Assembly: GCA_002269645.1 (NCBI GenBank)
Contig: NIVC01000302.1
Coordinates: 68,303-132,302, forward strand
Length of the DNA: 64,000 nt
From: Macrostomum lignano
Taxonomy: Eukaryota
Direction of reading: 5' to 3'
A program made the position numbers and the translations under genes. The notes beneath the pieces are model-generated. The model was not told the DNA's origin. It saw nothing but the letters and a program-made list of their open reading frames with translations, and did not search any database. How positions within the stretch are numbered: position 1 is the first letter of the stretch; every line of letters starts with the position of its first letter. This document shows, piece after piece, positions 1 through 12,649 of this stretch.

Positions 1-331
1 AGGCTGCACGCAGCCGGGCCCTTCGCAGTCGGCGTGGGCAGGATTCTCATTTTGGGTGGCTTTGTTCTCAGTTAGGCTGACAAAAGCAATATTATCAGTT
101 ACTATTTTTGGATTCACAAAATAAGAAGTTTGCACGAAGCTTAGAGCCGGCAGCTCAGCAGTATCTCTGTCTGTGGCTGAAACTCCCATGGCTCTGATGC
201 GAGTACAGGTCGAGATCGAGAGGAGCGGCTTCGCTTCGAGCTGAGTTGCCTGCCAGCCCCAGTTCATCTCTTGCAGAGCAACGCTCAGCATAAAATTTCT
301 GTCAACTTTTGTCTGCACAGAATCCTTAAAC

Positions 332-3300
332 ATGAGGCTAAAAAGCGCCAGCACAATCTTCATGACTTTTCTGGCTGCTTTTTGCATCCAGCTCGATGCG
401 TCAAGCAAACTGCATCTCGCTGATGACGGCTACTATAACGACTTGCTAGTCTTTGTGCAAATACCTGCAGACGGAAACGTGCAGGAGAAGCACTATGCTC
501 ATCTACTTCATGTGCTGCAGGTGAGGCATAATACGCTTTGATTGTGTGATATTGAAATTGAAGTCTGGAGAATATCCAGTGCTGCTTTGACCTTTCAGAC
601 CGCCCTTCGGGAGGCCTCCGGCATCTTGGAGAAGCTCACCCATAATGTGGGCCGCCGTCTCGGCTTCGGCGAGGTCAGCGTGCTGCTGCCGCACAGTCTA
701 AGTGAGAAGCTCGCCCAATTGAACCATTCGAGGCTTCAGCTGCACCCGGCAACGTGGCAGCGGCCAGAGAACGCGGATTTCGTTGTCTCTCTCGGACATC
801 AAGGAGTCTGATGAGGGTGTCGTGCGGGACAAGTTCGTCTGTGGAGCTCAAGCAGAAAAAGTACAACTCTCGACCAAGATTCTCGAGTCCAGCAACGCTT
901 ACAGACGTAAGTCGTAAGAATCCTCTTGATGCTTGATTAGTTGATATCCTTGATGCTTAATCCAGGGACTTTGTACCTTCTACCAGGGACTTCTGCGATA
1001 TAAGTTTACCATAGAAAGAAGGGACTAGAAACTCGGCTTTAGTGAGTAAGAAATGTGGGGGCTGGCTGATTTAAGGCAAGATATTTATCAGCTTACAAAG
1101 TAAGTAAAAATCTAAGGATATGTCAATAAATCTAACGACGGACGCATTAACGAACGAGGATACAAAAGCATAGATGGCTTAATGTCCATTTTATCAAACA
1201 CCAGTGCACAATTCCTACTAATGGGAGGCGGCAGTGATGCAAATAACATGAGAAGCAGTAAGCTTTGCTTCACTCTGAGATGCAACGGTCGTAAAACAAC
1301 CCAACTGTCTCTGAAGAGTCTTTGGATGGTGGCAGGCAAAGAATCTGTCGCAGAGTTAAAAGCAGTGTTCTCTGAAGATCAGAATCTTCGCCTTGCGCAG
1401 TACTGCGAGTCCCAGAACGCTGAGCTGTGCTTAGGGGGCGACCTCAACGCGCACCACAAGCACTGGGGCAGCAAAGGCACCAATACTAGAGGGGAGGAGC
1501 TTCTGGCCCTTATCTCTAACACAAACCTCATGCTCTGCAACCGCGGTAGCACTCCTACCTTTAACAATGGCAGATGGACTGAGGTCCTTGACGCCACACT
1601 CGTTACCCCAAGACTCTTTGACAGAGTTAAGGAGTGGAGAGTCTGGTCTGAGGAGCCCTCCCTGTCTGAACACTGCTTTATCGCCTTTAACATCGCGGAC
1701 ACTAAACCCCAGTCCTCGATTTCTTGGAGGCGTAACATCCGCAACACTGATTGGGCGGCCTATAAGGCTACCCTTGATCTGCACCTGCAGGAACTCACGG
1801 ACTTACGGTACGTCCGATTGAGACCTGCGAGGATGTGGACCATGCGGCTGAGACGCTGACAGGTTGCATTATTGCAGCCTATGAGGCGGCCTGCCCTGTC
1901 CGTGCCTACAAAGGCAAGACCTCGGCGCCGTGGTGGAACCCGGAGATGGGGAAACTCAGGCGGAAGGCCAAAAGCCTTCACCGCCGTGCCATGAAGACCG
2001 GAAACCCGGAGGAGATGGAGCTTTTCCGACAAGCCTCCCGCAACTTCAAATCTGAAGTGCGCAAGGCCAAGGAATGTAAATGGCGCCAATTCTGCAATGA
2101 ATTGGATCAAGACAGACCTACTTCTAGGCTTGTCAAGGCCCTTACAATGGACATCCAAAAAATCTCCAAATATCCAAATTAGCCATGATCAGAAAATATG
2201 ATGGCTCTCTTACTAAAGACCCTGAAGAAGTGCTTCAGCATATGCTCAGCACATTCTTCCCGAGGGTACCCACCGCTAGATCGGAACCCAACCATTCGAT
2301 GGATGGAGCCACCCTAGCGGCGGGCATAATCACTGAAGACTTAATCGCTTGTGCAGTCAGAACCTTCAAGCCCTTCAAATCTCCTGGACCTGATGGTATC
2401 TACCCTGTTCTTCTTCGTGAAGCAGCCAAGATACCCTCGCTCTTGAGACTTACCCGCAATCTCATGCGGGCCTCTATCCAGCTGGGATACGTTCCCAAGT
2501 GCTGGACCGAAGCTCGGGTAGTCTTCATTCCCAAACCTGGGAAGGCTGACTACCAGAGCGTCAAGGCCTTTATGCCAATTAGCTTAACGTCAGCAATGCT
2601 TAAGCTCACTGAGAGGCTTATTCTCTGGCGGCTGCTTTCTTGCGAGCTGACAGCAATGCCCTCAGCAATATCAGCACGCCTTCCGTACCGGGAGGTCGAC
2701 TGACAGCGCCCTGCATGCGATAGTCGAGAAGATTGAACGGGCGGTACTGGGTGACGGTTACGCCCTGGCTCTTTTTCTCGACATTGTTGGCGCCTTCGAC
2801 AACGTTATCTTTGAAGCGTTTCAGAGGGCCCTTCAAAATCGCAAAGCTCACGCTACCCTCATACGGTGGATCATGTACATGATCTCCAACCGTACGGTCA
2901 CTGCCCAACTTCTTGGGCAAACTGCCTCCGCCAGAGTCTGTAAGGGTGGACCCCAAGGCGGAGTCCTCACCCCGACGCTCTGGAACCTGGTCATGGACGC
3001 TCTTCTGGGTGACTCCCGACCTGATCCCGTCTTCAAAGTCGGGTATGCTGACGACGTCACTGCCATTGTGGCTGGGCCGTCCCCCAGCACGCTCAGGATC
3101 TGATGCAGAGTTTTATCCGCAAAGCAGAATCCTGGGCCAATGACAACGGTCTGGAACTCTCGAGCCCAAAACTGTTGCCATTATGTTCACCAGCAGAATA
3201 CGCTGGAACATACGACCTCTGCAGCTATACGGCAGAGATATTGCCTTCGCGCACCAGACCAGATGTCTCGGGGTCATACTTGACCACCGGCTCAACTGGT

Positions 3301-6300
3301 CCTTCCACGTGAAAGCAAAAGCCAAGCGTGCCTCAGCCATCCTGGCCCAGCTCCGTCGAGCACTTGGCACTTCTTGGGGTCTTTCCCCAAAACGGCTTTG
3401 GTGGATCTACACTTCCGTAGTTAGACCTGCCATTACGTACGCCTCGTTGTCTGGGTTAGCGCTACCCAGGTCAAAAGCCACGCAGATTTGCTCAACACGA
3501 TCCAGGGCAGAGCGTGTAGGCTTATCTGCAACGCCACCAGGTCCACGCCCTTTGCCGGCATGGGGACCTTCTTAATCTACCGCCTCTCGACCTCTTCGTC
3601 AGGGGTGAGGCGGCTAGAACGACCTGGCGTTTACTTGATGCCGGTGTCAAATTCATTTACATGAGGGCACCTGCTAAGCGAAACCTCGTCCCGCATAGCG
3701 ACCTGTGCCTCAACATCCTCAACGAGTGTCAGGCCAATCGGGTCCTCACCGATGGCATTGCCTCAACGCTCAACCTGAGACAGCGCTACTCCGTAGCTAT
3801 CGACTCGCGCGATACCATCAATGACCACTGGAACCCTGGTGAGCTTCACTGCTACACCGATGGTTCTAAGCAGTCAGCCAACACCGGTTTTGGTGTTGGA
3901 ATCTTCCTGAACGGGAGGGTTATCGCAACCCACGCTCAGTACACTGGGGTCAACTCTAGTGTCTTCCAAAATGAAGTTCTTGCCATCAGCTCCTGCACCG
4001 CAGGGCTCCTCGCCACTGGCGTTACCGGTAAGAACATCATATTCCATTCGGACAGCCAAGCTGCCTTGCACGCCATCAGCGGCTGCAGCACCAATTCTGC
4101 TACAGTCCTCGACTGTATCAAACTCCTCAACATGTTGGGCTCCACCAACAAAATCACCCTCAAGTGGGTTCCGGGGCATGTGGGGATCCGAGGGAATGAG
4201 TTGGCTGACGCCCTTGCGAAAGTTGGCGCCTCCGGCTCCTCTCTCGGTCCCGAACCCCTTGTCCCGATTCCTGGCTGTGTCATTGACTCGCGCATCAAAG
4301 CGTGGATCAGGACCCAGCACCGCTCGACTTGGGCGAACTGCACCACCTGCAGGCAATACAGAGGCGCTGTCCCTCAGCCCTCTCACCAGCTCCGGAAGCT
4401 CCTCTTGCGCCTCTCGCGCAGAGACATCCGGGCTGCCATCATGACCCTCTCAGGTCACGGCTGCTTCTCTAGGCACCAGTACCTGCAGGGCAACGCCACC
4501 AACGCCATCTGCAGTCTCTGTAACTCAGGTGACGAAACCGCTGAGCATTTCGTCAGCATCTGTCCCGCCTTTACGCGAGCCAGACTCACTTACCTCGGGC
4601 CACACACGTATATTACTGAAGCGTGCAAACCCGAAAACTTTAACCAGCTCATGCGCTACCTCCGGGCCACCCGCAGGGCTGAACTCTCCTTTCCAGAGAG
4701 CACCATAGCTGCTGGCGACACTGGGGGACCTCCCTGGGCGGCGCCAACCCTTCGTCCATAGCGACGCGTCGGCCGTTCAGGGATTAGCGGAATGGGCGTT
4801 CGCGCCTTCCCGCTGTGTCCCCCCCGGGACAGCCCTGCAGCTAAGTCAAGTAAGTCAAGACCCATTCCTGCTGTAAAAGTCGGATCGGATCTTGACACTG
4901 AACTCGACCTCGACTCGGTTCTACTGAACAAGTACTTGCTGCCACTGAACTTCTCAGCAGGAATGGAATCCGTCTTCCTGAACAGTTCAAGCTCTCGATT
5001 ATCATCAGCAGTTGCGAGTGATTCAGCTGAAACAAGCCTATGTGCAATGTTTCTTACAGAGGGAGGTTGTACTTGGTGAAACATTGATGGCGGCAACTGA
5101 GCAAACTCGGTAGGTGGATCAGCCGGACGTTTTTGCCCATTCTTTTTTTTACCATTTTGGCTCCTAGAAGCCAATGCAGTCTGCAGATCCCCAGATTTTC
5201 GACTTTGCCATTAACGATAACGAATTAACGATGTTGGGCAATGCAGCCAGCCAGCGCAGACGCTCCGCTTCGTCCGTAGGAAAGCGATAAATTGGCACGG
5301 CGTTGCTTTCTGGATTGGAACTGTAGTGTGCTGGGCATCCGAAAACCGTGCACTTTCTCACCATGGCGGCAAGATGCTCTCGCTATCTAAGCTCTTTCAG
5401 CTAACAAATACGCACACACATTGAGTAATCAGCCAGCCCACATTTCTTACTCACTAAAGCCGAGTTTCCAGTCCCTTCTTTCTACGGTAAACCTATATCG
5501 CAGAAGTCCCTGCTTCTACCTTGTAGTCAGTGAGTTTTTATCTGGTAAAAACCTATTAAAAATGATTTTCAAGGAATACGTTAGTAATAGATCGGCCTCT
5601 AAATTTTGTAGTTTCCCGTCTCGAGTATTAAATAGTCCCTGCCTTAATCTATGTTATAGGTTGAACTATAGAGTGAATACTCAGCAACATTGTAAAGTCG
5701 CCATCACAGAAGATTCCGTCTGTGGTTGCCATTTTTGACAGTGCAGGTAAAGTCTCTCAATCTTTGCGAGTGACGCAACTTAGTTACCCTGCGGCAGACT
5801 TAAGCTGAGGAATGAAGTGGGGGAGGGGGCGGTGTGCGAGGGTTGGACGGATTAAAGCTACCCCGATCAGTTTTCTCGTATCTTTTATTCCAGAAAAGTC
5901 CAGAAAAATTGCTCACTGACGCATAGAGTGGCGACTTGTCAATGTTGCTGAGTATATTTAGAGCGTTTCGTATAATACTTGAACTATTTGATCTAGTAGC
6001 CTCTGGATTAAAGATCAATAACGTTAAAAAGTCCCACAACTCTTTCGCATTGCTGTCACGGCTTCACTCCAATCCGCACATCCCACAGCCAGGACGATGG
6101 CGCTGTACTTTTCGCAGTTCCGCTGGGGCCTGTTCAGCGAAGCCCCGCCGGGTGATGCGGACTTTAAGGTCTCCGACCCCAGGCACAGGCACAACAAAGA
6201 TGCCGACAACTTGCTCAACATGAATTGCAATCAACGCAGCGCTGCGGAGGTCATCAGAGACCACGAAGATTTTTTAAGGCCCATCAACTCTGCTACTAAA

Positions 6301-9300
6301 ATGAACTCGAATTTCAATGTTCGTCTGGTGGTTGAACCCGAGAGACGCCGCGTTGTGATCGTCATGGATATCTCTGGTAGCATGGGATCGGTGAGAAGCC
6401 GCTTGCTTTGTCTCAGCTGCGTCGCTTCTTTGCCTCAATTCCATGCTCTGCTCTACCCGAATCGCTTTGTAACAATTTTTCATTTTTTCATTTTTCATGA
6501 AGCTTTCCGCAATACTGCTTGCTGGGTTAATGATTTCTGTAATCAGTTTTTATAAATACACAAAGATCAACATATAGCAATTCATTCTTACTCATTTTGG
6601 ACCCATTCAGGACAACCGAATTCAAAGTTTGATTGGTGCAGTGAACCATTACATTGCCTTCACTCTGGAGACCGGGTCAGAGTGCGCCCTGATCAGCTTT
6701 ACGGGCAACCCCACTGTGCTGCAAAATTTCATCCTGGTTGACTCACCGGCTGTTCGACGTCAGCTGATGCAATCCGTCTCGAATCTGACTGCCGGAGGAG
6801 GCACCTGCATCAGTGGAGCTGTTCAAGAGGCTATGAAGGTCAGTGATTTGGTCATTGAACAGATTTACGCACAGTCAGATTCTTAGACAAGCCATAGTTC
6901 AGGCCAGGTACCACTGACTGAATCACCTACTCCTCAATCAAATCACCCAGCTGCTAGGTGAGGACCCAACAAGTCCAACTCATCGTTCGAGTGGTCAGAT
7001 ACTTTTGGTCACAGAAGGTGAGGAAAATGAAGACTGCAGCATCAGTCTGGACTCTACGATCGATGCCATATCGAAAACGAGCCTCAGAGTCAACACCATC
7101 CGGTTCGGTGAAAGTGCGGACATGCGGATGTCGCTTCTTGCCAGTGTCACGAACGGTAGCGCGCAATTCATTCCGGTGGACAGCAACCTTGCAGCGTCCA
7201 AACTTTTACTGCAGCTGACCTCACTGCAGTCTGATCTCGCTGGCGTGAACAGGACCGTTGTCGTGAGTTGTGGTGAATTCTGTCGTGAAAATTGATGCGT
7301 CATAAATTTATTACCTTTCGTCTCATTCAGCATCCTTTATTTCATTGAACTCCAACAGCCAAATTCTGCTCTTGACTGAGGATCAAATATGTCAGGGGCG
7401 TGGAACTCGTAACGTGGCAGTGCAACATGTTAATTAATTCTTAAAGTTTTATGTCACACTAGCAATCAGAAAAGTTATTATCTTAAGAAAAATGATGATT
7501 TTTAAAGCTAAAAGCCCTGAAAGCCAGTTATTCAGTCTAAGATATCAGCATCCTGTGAGCTGTGGCATCAAAGCGTCTCTTTAAGCCTTAGCCTACCAAA
7601 AGCTCCCAATTGACCGTTGGCACCTCGGTAACCACCCCTCCAAAGGTCTTGACATCTCAGCAATTTCCCTATAGGTAATTCTCACGTACTTTTAGCAATT
7701 CCCCAATGAGTCTTTTATGTCCGATAGGGCGATTCGAGAATAGGGTTCTTTAGGCATCTATTCTGCTTGACACGACGCTTCTTTTATTTTTGACGTGACT
7801 CTTCCTTTGTTATTTCTTTCGTCTTTTAAATCAATATTTCCATTATAAAATGATTAATGAAAATTTACAATTTCAAACTTCAAACCCGCGTTTCTGAATT
7901 AGCTGTTCAGTCTGTTCATATCCCGACTAACTCTCATCCAATCAAGGACGTAAATCGTAGCACTCATAATTAAATACTCACATCAAGTCGGTTAGCGAAA
8001 AGTCACAGGAAGAAGTTGTGACGTAACCGATTTCTCAGTCAGTCAGTATCAGCCTCCATTGAGTTTGAAGGAGGAATAAAAAATGCAGATAGGAGAGACA
8101 TGAGGGAGAGATGGATGAGAGATGGGTGAGAGATGGGTGAGAGATGGGTTAGAGATGGGTGAGAGATGCGGACGAGATGAAGGCGAGACTCTGCACAATG
8201 GGAATCTGCACAATGGGAATCTGCACAATGGGAATCTGCACAATGTATTCTGCACAATTGGATTCTGCACAATGGGAATCTGCACAATTGGATTCTGCAC
8301 AATGGGAATCTGCACAATGAGATTCTGCACAGTGGGATTTAAACCGCAGGATTTATCTGCATTCTGTAACATTACTACCTAGATGGAATTACCATAGCAA
8401 ATTAGTAAGAAATTACTTTAGAATATGTAATAAATCATTTAGAACTCCCACTTACATATTGCTAGTGTCTCTCAGATTGTTATTCTGTGCAACAAGCGCT
8501 GGTTGCATTGGCTTCCATCATAGTTTGACTCCATACGAACTGTTCTTTGTTCCCACAGCTGGATTCGAGGCAAGTTCCTTCTGACCTGCGGTATCCGGTG
8601 GAATTCGACGTCAGCGCTCGCAGCAACCTCGTCTTCTCGCTGTTTCTGCCAAGCGATCCCGCCAAGGTTGGCTCTCTGCGCCTCGTGCTTCGGTCGCCGA
8701 GCGGTAGGACTTTCGATTGCTCTGGCGGCAGCAGCGCCGTTTGCACAGTCGATGCTGCAGTCGGATCCGTGACGGTGCAAATTCCTGACGCAGAGGTTGA
8801 GGTCAGTTGAGCCAATTTACTTGCACTATGAGCCACTGCTCTAGCTTGCTGGAGGGATACTTTACGCCGGCAAAAGTTGGAAACAGAAGAAAGGGAAATG
8901 TTAACAGCTACTGCAGCAGTGTATTACACTTGAACTGGCATTTCCTATTCATTATAATAAATGAATAGGGAGCAGAGAAGTCGAAATGTGGCAGAGTTAG
9001 GGCCAACGTTGGGACTTGCAAACAATATTAATCGCCTCGCCTCAAACCCGCCACTCCAACAGAGCGGAAAGTGGACGCTGGCGAATCTCGCGGTCGGTCT
9101 CGCACGTCGGATTCGCAGACAGGCGGCCTCACAAGCTCAGATAGTTGTCACTGGAGACCCGTTTGGAATCTTTTTAACAGATACTATCGTTAAAGTGTCA
9201 CCAAACAATCTGAGAATGGTCAAGTACGATACTTCAATCAATGTCTACGTGAATCTATTACCAAAATCCCAAGTATTAAATGCGTATCAAATGTACGCAC

Positions 9301-10789
9301 GTGTAACACTAGGTGGCCACACGGAAGTGGCTCGATTTTGTCTATTAAAACTAAAGCACGGTGAGTAAAGACTAAACATTAATTAACTGCCATAAAAGTT
9401 TTGCTCTCAAACAACGATTTAGAACGCATATTACTCCAATTAATTTTTTATAGAAAAAGGACACTACATCGCCAGGGTACCACTGTATGCAGTACAGAAA
9501 GCTGGCCTGTATCTTGTCGATGTGCATTTGACGTACCCGTCCTCAATGGTAGTGAGTGCCGGCAGTTTGACTGTTCAGGAAGAGGACCCCAACTTTGACA
9601 GACGTCGTATTATGCCTGAACAAATCGTTGAGGTCTATACAAAAGAATTTATTAGATCGAGCAAAATATTGGAGATCCTGTGGTATCCAGTTGAAGATCC
9701 GTCTGGTCTACTCCCGCCTAAAGCAGGTATGTGTAACGCTTGCAGCTGTGACGAAGCGAGTTCGGGATGGCACATATTATTAGTTATTTATTTATTAGTT
9801 TATTTATTAGTTATTGCCGATACGAAGAGTACGAGTACGAGATGACGTACGCCAATAACAACGGGGAAAAAACGAGAGCGCGGTGACAATTGTCCTCGTT
9901 TAAACTCGGATGACTATAAAAAAATAATAATTAACAATTAATAAAAAGTAAAGTACACTTTTTAAAAATAAATCACGTTGAATTGGTAGTTGGAGGACCT
10001 ACAATTTAATTAACTACAACTAATTTTAACTAACAAAAAGTCAGATGGAAACTAAAAACTAAAGATGCTAATTAAATCGTTACACAAGCCTTCAACGAAC
10101 CACACCGTCACACAGCAGCTCTGCTGATTGTTGAAATACAAGCTGAAATATGAATTGTTCGGAAACAGTTATTCTTTCGCTACCAAGTTATCAGAGTAGT
10201 GTAAACAGTGCCCCAAATATTTTTTGCACAGCCGTCATGCAAATTTCACTGATTCTGACGCTTATGAGCATCCAAATTGCCTCCATCAGAAGTGCCTGTC
10301 TACAGCATTCGCTACAGAGAATACGGCGGCAACTGCTCCACTGCAAACGGCTATGACTATAGCTTCTGTCCGGAACTGGCTGTCACCAACCAATCTTCAG
10401 TGAACATCTACAACCAGTATATGGCTCTCAATGAGCCTCTAATGTGGATATCAGTGATTGCCATTTCCGCTGCAAACGTGTCCAGTCTGCCTAGCTATCG
10501 ATTCTCCATTCCACCCACTTCTTACAATGACTATTTCGCCGAAGACAAAAAGCTATGGTGCGAACTCCCCAAATCTAAAACTCCAAACAACTCTCTCGAC
10601 CCGACTGTGGCGAATGACCCGAACAAGGCCAAGTCAACAGTCGACTCCATGACCAAGTCGTCGCCACGAAACTCGACGCAGGCGAAATCGTCGGCTCAAC
10701 TAAATGTGGATCTGGCGTGGCTCAGTGCGGGAACCGTCTGCTGTCTGGCTGTCCTCACGGTATCCGCACAGCAGTGGCTGATCCAGTGA
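332..10789 (+). CDS. CLCA: CLCA-family (calcium-activated chloride channel regulator-like) protein: signal peptide, degenerate metallohydrolase domain, VWA, beta/FN3-like domains, hydrophobic C-terminus; one frameshift in exon 2
   Basis: Exons with GT-AG and compatible phases: 332-520, 599-906, 6089-6390, 6611-6838, 6951-7262, 8559-8801, 9063-9360, 9454-9726, 10290-10789. CLCA-type motifs: DDGYYNDLLV, ADFVV..CG, RWGLFSE, HNKDADNLLNMNCNQRSAAEVI, VWA RRVVIVMDISGSM / GGGTCI / ILLVTEG. Frame shifts by +1 at about 790 (TC run). Confidence 0.8.
984..5512 (-). mobile_element. P-superfamily (THAP9/Galileo-like) DNA transposon, internally deleted, in CLCA intron 2
   Basis: TIRs 984-1071 and 5427-5512 (CAGGGACTTCTGCGATAT..., a few mismatches). 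Flanking duplication CTTCTAC at 977-983 and 5513-5519. Minus-strand THAP MVRKCTVFGC..YRFPTDEAERLRWL..ICRLHW (5364-5100, frameshifted). Transposase relics LRQILCLPP and RNCALVFDKMDIKPSMLLY (about 1390-1110). Confidence 0.85.
1385..4860 (+). mobile_element. 5'-truncated non-LTR retrotransposon (APE-RT-RNase H-CCHC; LOA/R1-like, I group), frameshifted, nested in the P-like element
   Basis: APE GGDLNAHHKHWGS / SEHCFI; RT PGPDGI, KPGK, GGPQGGVLTPTLWNL, YADD; RNase H YTDGS, HSDSQAA, WVPGHVGIRGNELADALAK; CSLC..ETAEHF..C knuckle. 3' end carries a short AAGTCAAGT-type repeat at about 4843-4859. Boundaries approximate. Confidence 0.92.
8100..8330. repeat. Intronic minisatellites: 11-bp GAGAGATGGGT and 15-bp CTGCACAATGGGAAT
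   Basis: Tandem units read directly in CLCA intron 5. Confidence 0.9.
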
Positions 10790-11910
10790 GCTCGCAGTTC
10801 AGTCAGCAGCGATATGGGAGATGCCTCGTTGGCTCTGAGCTCGGAAACTCGCTGAATAAAGACTCCTCATTTCGTTTTGGCAAATAGCCGTGGATTCGTT
10901 CTCCAGAAAATGCTCTTTCTGTTCCTCTGCGCGGATTGTCAGAGTCAGAGACAAACTATTAGAGTAAGAAAGCATCAATAGGAAGTAGCTAAGTGGTGTG
11001 CTGCCCCTGTATAAACGTGTGATTACCCTGCGATTTACAATTATCTGTACTGCAATCAAACCAAATTAGTATTCTCAAGCCATTCTCAAACCATTCATTC
11101 AATGTATTTAATCCGCTCATAATTAATCTTAATTTCTAAGCCAACCCAGTCAGTGTATTTAATTGCTTTGATCTCGCAAATCCAATTGCTGTCAAATTGT
11201 TTCATTCTTGGATCCCGGAAAATTTCAAACTGCGATATTGACATTACTAATGACTACAACTAAATATTTCAGTATGAATTTGTACATGATTGACAAGCGG
11301 TCAGAATGATAAAACTACAAATACACTGTGCAGAAAATTCTGGAAATAAACTGATTAAATTTTTCCAAACGCATAAAATAATTGGCTGGCTTTTGCTTGT
11401 GCAATGCCAATCTGTGACCTGAAAGTAATGTACTTGCAGATGGAAATCGGTGGTTGACGGTCGGGACTTTTCCTTAACTATGCTATTGCTTATGCTCATG
11501 AATGCTCGATCGTTGCTAGGGGCTGCATCATGGATTAATAAAACCATGGGCTGCTCGTCTGCCTTAAATTTGGGGGTGCAATTTTGTCTCGCGAAGCCCC
11601 CGCTCGCACCGATGGATTGTTCTGGCAGCAAATGCGCGCGTCTGCTCCAGCCGCTCTCAGTCTTAGCGCAGCAGGTATGGTGACCTTCGCGTGTCACTGC
11701 TGACATGTGATTAGCGCTGTGATGGGAGACTGTAAAAACAGGAAATCCAATGCTGCTATAGTATCGTCGCAATCCTCATTGTGTTCAATGCGGGTCGCGT
11801 GATATTTGACCGTTCCATGCTGTGCGATCGAAGTGCAGCAGAGTCATGCGGCCAGGCAACACAAGCACCGCAGTATCACAGTGACCGTCGCAGGACTGAG
11901 TGCTGCATCG

Positions 11911-12163
11911 AGACTGATATATTCCTGCACGGTCACGAGTGCGGGAATGACATCTGCACGAGTGCACGATGTCCTTCACGCACGAGTGAACGTGAAGGAA
12001 TCCCATTGTCGGATGATTCATCGTGCAGGAATGCACAAAACCGTGCAAGAATGCATTTCTGCGCCTAATGCTTTTTCAGTGAGATTTTACCATAGACATG
12101 CATCCATTCCTGCACGCAAGAGTGCGAGAATGCCATTCTTGCATGGAAAATCAGCCGACAATG
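11911..12163 (+). repeat. Dispersed ~250-bp repeat rich in TGCACG/CGTGCA motifs (copy 1)
   Basis: Near-identical to 18330-18598; related motifs at about 46010-46210. Confidence 0.85.
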
Positions 12164-12649
12164 CTCCAAGGACTACTTAACTAGAAGGACGCTAAACTCT
12201 AAAATGGTGGCAAAATATTGAAGGCCGATTTTTCTTTTCCCTATAAATTTTGAGAAGTTGCACGTATGAAGATGATCCTTTCACTCGGAAGTGCAGAATT
12301 TATTCCTCTTTCAACCAAATTGTTACTCGTATCTGTAGCTGCAGGTGTTCGACAGAATAGTGTACAATAAACTACACGTACCCCCAGTTCAGTAACTTAA
12401 CTACTTAACTAGACAAGCTTAAAACAATAGAGGATTCATGTTCTATAAGATCGGAAAATATCAAGTAGCCATTTTACTATCCAAACCTAAACGAAGCCGA
12501 TCTCGTCATGACCATGTTGTAACTCTCTAGAGTGAAATCAACCACTGAAGGAACTCCTGACTACACCACACACCACGACGCAATGCGCAACAAACCTCGA
12601 AACCTTGAAATCAAGCCCGACAAATAAAAAACAGAAAGCATTAGGCACT

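Noticed and set aside
1379-5174. Antisense and alternative-frame ORFs over the LINE (e.g. 3874-4386, 1431-1784)
   Set aside because: Shadow ORFs of GC-rich coding sequence with no recognisable motifs.
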